A model generated the notes under the pieces. It searched no databases. It had not been told where the DNA came from and saw only the letters and a program-made list of their open reading frames with translations. From Trichodelitschia bisporula (taxonomy: Eukaryota): a DNA stretch of 64,000 bases. The stretch spans positions 371,322 through 435,321 of the forward strand of contig ML996690.1 in the NCBI GenBank assembly GCA_010356995.1, in the 5' to 3' direction. Positions 58,220 to 64,000 of the stretch are shown here, piece after piece (the first letter of the stretch is position 1; each line of letters begins with the position of its first letter). Both the position numbers and the translations under genes were made by a program.

Positions 58220-58546
58220 GTTTGCGGCTGCAGTCCGGTATGTTGGTTAGGTTGCGGCGCGTTGAGGTGCGGTAAAGTCGCCAATAATTGTGCCCCAAAC
58301 TTTTCAAAAGTGCTCGACCACTCTCCGCGCCGACCTCCGCATCACGTGGCAGGGTTCAAGGGTCCCGGCTGGGACGGGATCGGCCCGCTTGCATTTCGGC
58401 AACTCGAGCAGCCGTTATGACATGGTTACATGAAGCCACATTTGGGGTCTTGATGTTTTCTTCGATTTTGCTATTACTACCAGTCTATCCTGGCTGCACA
58501 AATGCTACTTCAGCACTAGACAACCACCTTCGACCTAACCATCCGC

Positions 58547-60408
58547 TCACAGCATCACGAGCCCGATGCCGCCCATCGCCTTCGCGCTCGGTCTGTTCTT
58601 AGCATCCACACCTCCCGGTATAGGTGCCGTCCGGTAATTGTACATGTAGTAGTGCAAGTGCCCATCCCCGGCGCCGAAGAGCTGCTTCTCCAGGAAAAGC
58701 GGATTATCAAGCAGGGTCAGGGCGTTGAGGACATCGAAATTTTCCTGTCTCATGGTTAGCAAGGAGAAGAAAACGGTCCAGGGAATAAATAGAACGGACT
58801 TTCTTCGCAAGAATCAGCGCGTCTTTGACGAGAAGATTGAGCCGGGGCTCCAGTTTCGACTTGTCGGTGTCGAAGGCCGTCTCCGTTGCATAGTAAAAGA
58901 GGTACGCCGCCTTCAGAACCTTGTATTTCTGGCTGCGCATCGCTGTCGATTCGAGGCGGTAGAACGAGAATAAGTCTGTGATCTTCTTCGTTTTGCGGTC
59001 CTCGACCACCCACGCCCAGACAACCTGCTCCGGTGCCTTTTCAGGGTCATGGAGGAGCCAGTGCTTGAACTCATCCAAAGTGAACTCGGGGGCAAATTCA
59101 AAGCGCCCTAGGTAGCGCTGAAGGAGATCCAGAGCCTCTTCGCAGTCCTCCTCACGCAGCGGCCGTAACCCTTCTGTGGCCGTAACTGTTGGGAGGCGGT
59201 ACTTTATGATCTGCCGCTGGGGCGTCGAGCCATGGGGCAAGGGCGAGAAGCCGACTTCATGAAGCTTCTCCCAGTCGAGACTCCGATGGAAGTAACGGCA
59301 GGTGGAGAATGGAGTAGGTAGAAGGGCGCCGGCCGTGTAGACTGCTTGAAAGACGCCCTCGAGGTAGCAGCGGCGCGTGATTTCCTTGATCAGGACTGGC
59401 GCCAGCCGCTTGTCACGCAACTTCTTGTGGACGCAGAGATAGTTGACTTCTGAGCACTTGAGCGTAGCCTTGCGGACCTTCAGGTCGACGGGAATGGCGG
59501 AGATGAATGCAACCAACTTCTTGGACTCGCTGACCCGCACGCCAACATGCCACGACTTCCTCCAGCCGGGGGCCTTGAGCGCCCTGCACCGAGTTAGCAA
59601 AGTTTCAGCATACTCGCCTCTCACGTTTACCAGTTGAGGAATGAGCCGGAATAGTTGAAGCGGAAAGTCGCCTCGCCGTCTTCAACGTAGTGGTTCGTCA
59701 ACAGCTCGTACACTTCTTGACGCTACGAGCCGTTAGTATTGATACTAAAGAGGCTCGTCGGCATCATATACCTCCTTTGGGTCGGTGATGTCTACGGTTA
59801 CCCACTCGAACCCCTTGTGCATTGGCGCTGGTTCCTTAGGCACTTTGTCGATGTCGATCGTCTTGATGGGCCCCTCCTCCATTGCCTTCTCCTTGATTTC
59901 GCCTAGCAAGCTGTCTTAGCGCGGAGCGGAATATTCCTGGGAAACCTTACTGAAGCTCGGTACCGGCTGCGTATTCCAGAACTTGTAGCTCGCCATATCC
60001 TTTTGGTTCTTACCGCCCAGTGTCTACAAGCATCAGCATGGCAGTCACCCGACATGGGAGGGAGAAATGAACCGTGCCAGTCAAAGCCTCGTCCAAAGTG
60101 AGGCCCTTCATGAGCTCCTCCACCTTCTTCGGGTCCATCCTAGCCACCTCGGACTTCAATGCGGGGTTGATTTCCAGCAGACCTTGGAACTGCTCGCGAG
60201 TTAAGCTCCTCTTCGGTTCGCTAGGCTCTCCAGCATTGCCGGTGATAGCCTCCTTGAGTTTCTTGGCCTTGGATTTCTTCTTCTTCTTCACGGTTTTCGC
60301 GGCGGAGTCGGCTGCGTCTTCAGCTTCGTCGGCGGCGGACGCCTCCTCGCCCTCCTCTAGGACTTCCTCCGTCACCTTGGGGTCAATTTCCTTGGATTCT
60401 TCGCTCAT
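58547..60408 (-). CDS. NMT1: Glycylpeptide N-myristoyltransferase, multi-exon
   Basis: [84 protein letters not shown]. Confidence 0.96.
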
Positions 60409-60836
60409 CTTTGCGGTCGAAGGCGAGAAGTGGGAAAGGTTGTTGGGGAGGTATGGAGAGCAATACAAAAAACAAGATAGCTTGCCTTGACCTGAAAGTC
60501 ACGAGGGGTCCCGCTAAGCTACCGTATGAGTACCCCTCAGATGTGCAATGGAGGATTATTGTTCCAGTCCGACTTCGTGATGGACCAATCGTACGATTGG
60601 GTTTTGCTGTGCGCCAGCTACCCCGCCTTGCGGGCCGCGTCTGTTGGTGGGGAGGGGTACGAGGGCACAAGTGGGGATCCGAGAGTTACAAGTCGAGAAG
60701 ACTCTCTGCGATATTTACACAAATATCTACTAGCATCGGCTGTATACTAAGAAAGACTTTCTGCAATGAATTTGCATTGATATCCAGTATCATCAACTGT
60801 CTACCACAAGATCCCATCATAAAACACCTCATCAGC

Positions 60837-62722
60837 CTACTCCCCCGCCTCCCGTGGCAACCTCAACGCCAAAAACCCCATCTCCGCCCTCTGTCCCCGC
60901 TCCATAACCCCCTCCATATGCCTTCTAACCTCCTCCTGCGGCGCCACCACTCGGCCCAGGACATTCAGCGTCTGCACATCGCCTGCAAACCGCATAGTAA
61001 CGGGTAGATACACCTCCTTCCCGCCCTCGCTCTTCATCCCCTTGATGATGGCGAGGAACGAGCATACCACGGATGTATATCCCGGTGCGTACTCCAGGAT
61101 GCTCATCCGCGGGAAGAGAAAGCGCTCCGACGAATTATCCGCAAACTGGATAAGCACGTGAAGGATGGGGGGCGGCGGGGGCGGAGCTCTTACACGCGGC
61201 GGTGGCAGCGTAGGGGCGTAGTACGGCTGCTGCTGCTGCTGCTGCTGCTGCTTTGGTTTCGGCGGCGGCACGCTAGGGGCGTACTTAGGCGGGGGATTGA
61301 ACTTGGGCGGAGCGTGGTGCTGCTGCATCGGGGGTGGAGGTGGAGGCATATGGAGGTGGGCAGGCTGCGGCGGGGCCGCAGGATGGGCGGCCGCCTTCTT
61401 CCGCTCGGCCTCCTGCTTATCTTTGACCATTTTTGTAAGCTCGTCGATGTGACGCTGGAAGTATTCTAGTTGGTCTGGGGTGGCGGAGCCGGAGGCCACG
61501 ATTTTCATCACGCCTTTTAGCTGGAGGTTTGTGCTTGCTCGCTGAGCGAGGGCTTGGATTACGGGATCAGGGGCGGATTGGGGAGGAGCGGCTGGGGTTG
61601 AGGGTGCTGGTGCTCGGGGTTGAGATTGGGGTGCTCTTGAGGTTTGGGTTGTGGGGTGGGAGGGGCGAGAGGTGGAGGAGGGCTGCTGGTGTTGATGTGG
61701 GTGCTGCTGAGGGGGTGGGGGGGGCTGGTTCTGAGTTAGAGGGGCTTGCATCTGAGCCGGAGGAGATTGATTCTGAGCTGGAGGAGCTGGATGCTGGGTC
61801 GGAGGAGCTGGATGCTGAGTCGGAGGAGCTGGATGCGGAGTTGGACTAGCTGGATGCTGTATAGGAGGCGCCTGCTGCTGAGCGGGGACAGGTTGATACT
61901 GCGGAGGCGAAGCTTGCATTGGAGCTGGTGGAACTGAATACTGCGGAGGCGGTACCGGCGGCGAATATCCCTTCAACTGTGGCGGTTTGGCAACCGGCGC
62001 CACATGTACGGGTGCCTTCGGCGGGGGCACCGGACTCTGATACTGCGTCGGCGGACGGTAGGGTGCCTGCTGGGACTGCTGCTGCGGGGCAGGCGTGACG
62101 GGTGGCGTCGGCGGCAGCTGCTGCTGCCCCTGCGGACCGTACTGCAAAAAGGGCCGGTCGGCAGTATTCTGCGCGGAAACCGGCGGCGGCGCAGGATCCT
62201 TGACCATGAACAGCATAATCTCGAAGGTATGCGGTTCGATGGTCAGAGCCGCGCGGCCGACCTTGCTCATCGGCGGGGCCTTGTCCGGCTTCGCGGCCTT
62301 GTCCGCGTCGGCCTGTTCCTTCTTCTTGCGGTACGTCGACTTGCTCCAGTATTTCTCGAAGATGCCTTCGTGTGTCCAGGCGTGACGCGAGCGGGAGAGG
62401 GAGGCGGCGAGGACGCCACTAGCCAGGTAGGTTAGTGATGAAAGGGAGGAGGCTGTATGTGTCCGAACCTTTCCTTGATGCTCTGGTATTCTGCATCTGG
62501 GAGATCAGCGGCTTGCGGCGCTTTTAGCGTCGGCAGCGGCTGGTTGTCGTGGATCCGCACTGGGAGGCTAATCGGCGGTGTGGGCTCGGGGACTGGTGTC
62601 GGCGGGGCCGGAGAGGGGCTGGGTATTGCGACGGTGATGGCGCTGGAGCGGCGGCGCTTCGCTGTTGAGCTGATGCTGCTGCGTCCGCTGACACGTGCTG
62701 ACGAGCGTCGTTTGGGAGACAT
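60837..62722 (-). CDS. SWC3: SWR1-complex subunit Swc3-like protein, Pro/Gln-rich, intron ~62468-62420
   Basis: LPVRIHDNQPLPTL..EYQSIKES|GVLAASLSRSR..IFEKYWSK; IEPHTFE; DPVIQALAQRA...MKIVASGSAT..QLEYFQRHIDEL; C-terminal VLIQF...RFLFPRMSILEY. The family call is from recall. Confidence 0.7.
61226..61251 (-). repeat. (CAG)n microsatellite encoding polyQ in the Swc3-like gene
   Basis: (ctg)8 on the + strand; translates as QQQQQQQQ. Confidence 0.85.
61770..61860 (-). repeat. 21-bp coding tandem repeat (HPAPPTQ-like, about 4 units)
   Basis: ggaggagctggatgctgggtc-type units on the + strand. Confidence 0.8.
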
Positions 62723-63217
62723 TGTGTGGTGGAGTGGTGGAGAAGATTAGGATGCGGCGTAGGTGCGGAGGAGCAGCGAGAACCGAGAGGCTAGAGTTGA
62801 GCGTTCGAGTTGGTTGGATGAAAGGGAGACGCTCATGACGAGCAGGAAGGAGTTTGAGCCCGCGACGTTGCTGAGATTCCCTAGTGGAGGTGGCTGCGAT
62901 GGGATGGGATGGTTGGTGGTGGTGGTGGGACGAGATGAATCGGCGGAGGTTTTGCGGCGATCGATCTTCGATGACCGGCATGTGGGCTTGACCTGAGACG
63001 CGGGTAACGCGTCCGGCGTGGGCGCGCTGGGGCGGCTGGGCGCTCTGGTTTAGCGGGGGGGGGGTCGCTAAGTTACAGGGGGTCGAGGCCCCTAATTCCG
63101 CACCAGCAGGGGCAAGTCCAGCCTCATGACGACGTCTGCTAGCGCGAATATCATGCCACCAATTCCGGGTAATCCTGCTGCCTGTCCGTGGTGTTCCGTC
63201 GACATATCAACATCTAG

Positions 63218-63260
63218 AACATCAAAACCCATCAAACCCATCAAACCCATCAAAACATCA
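63218..63260 (+). repeat. 9-bp tandem repeat (CCCATCAAA) in the leader of the ABHD12-like gene
   Basis: catcaaaacccatcaaacccatcaaacccatcaaaacatc is directly visible. Confidence 0.8.
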
Positions 63261-63324
63261 TCCCTAGCATCTCAACGCATCAATGATCCCAAGACTTTAC
63301 CGATAACCCCATCCCGCCGCCATC

Positions 63325-64000
63325 ATGCCGCCTCTCCATCCTCTCCTCAAGAAGGGCCTGTGGGCTATCCCCATCTTAAGCGCGAGCTATATCACCTTCC
63401 TACTCATCCTCACGATCCCCACCGTTCAAAGACTGTAATCTCCCCTCTCATCCTTCAATCACTCACTAACCCCCTTCCCAGCGCCCTCTACGCCCACCCC
63501 ATCCACACCGGGTACTGGGACGACATCAACGTGCCCGAATACTGGGGCTTCGCACCAGGCCAGGTAACCCCCTTCACCATCTCAACGCCGGATGGTGAAA
63601 CTCTCTACGGCTGGCACATCCTACCGCTAGACGTATACGCCGCGCACGCCGACGTCCTCGCAGCCAACCCACCCCGCACGCCAGAGCCCTTCAATTCCAC
63701 CTTCGCCGCGAAGCTTCTCTCCTCCGACCCATCCTCACGTGTGATAGTCAACTGTTCGTCCCCTCCCTCCCTCCCTTCCCCCTTTCCCCCCCCCGTATCC
63801 CTAATCCCCAACCCACAGTCCACGGCAACGCTGGCCACGTAGCCCAATCCCACCGCCCGCCAACCTACAAACTCCTCACCGCCCTCCCCCATACCCACCT
63901 CCTCTCCCTCTCCTACCGCGGCTTCGCCCACAGCACCGGCTTCCCCTCCGAAAAGGGACTAATAACCGACGCTACGACCCTCCTGTCCGCCACCCTCTCC
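63325..64000 (+). CDS. ABHD12-like alpha/beta hydrolase, 5' part (runs off the window)
   Basis: TM exon MPPLHPLLKKGLWAIPILSASYITFLLILTIPTVQR, spliced to ALYAHPI...NVPEYWGFAPGQVTPFTISTPDGETLYGWHILP...VNF|HGNAG...YRGF..STGFPSEKGLITD. Confidence 0.88.

Noticed and set aside
53418..60408. NMT1 close to its likely substrate RTC5 (MGQ N-terminus)
   Set aside because: They are separated by MEF1; proximity in a housekeeping block is most simply chance.

Overview
A gene-dense, GC-rich eukaryotic segment with short GT-AG introns and CTAAC/CTGAC branch points. It is most likely from a filamentous ascomycete (Dothideomycete-like gene content; taxon is inference). About 28 protein-coding loci and one intron-containing tRNA-Leu(UAA) are supported. 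Core genes: RAD2/XPG, a Ral2/Mds3-like kelch-BTB protein, 1-Cys peroxiredoxin, an Ady2/AcpA acetate transporter, FKBP13, GT69 mannosyltransferase, BNA4, mitochondrial bL36, RTC5, mitochondrial EF-G1, NMT1, Swc3-like and an ABHD12-like hydrolase. An accessory-looking stretch (~28-46.5 kb) holds a mucin-like surface protein, a membrane aspartic pseudo-protease, an orphan, a PTH11-like receptor, a signal-peptide-bearing aldo-keto reductase, a multiply disrupted HET pseudogene, a flavin reductase and a GNAT. A spliced GFA/Mss4-like gene absent from the ORF track was reconstructed by hand. No CRISPR array, rRNA or recognisable intact transposon is present. I found no clearly novel multi-gene system; the best leads are the apparently secreted AKR, the mucin/pseudo-protease divergent pair, a tandem CGG-N6-CCG site before BNA4, and a recurring C-rich-5'/G-rich-3' skew within genes. 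Exon boundaries were read by eye and should be confirmed with RNA-seq.
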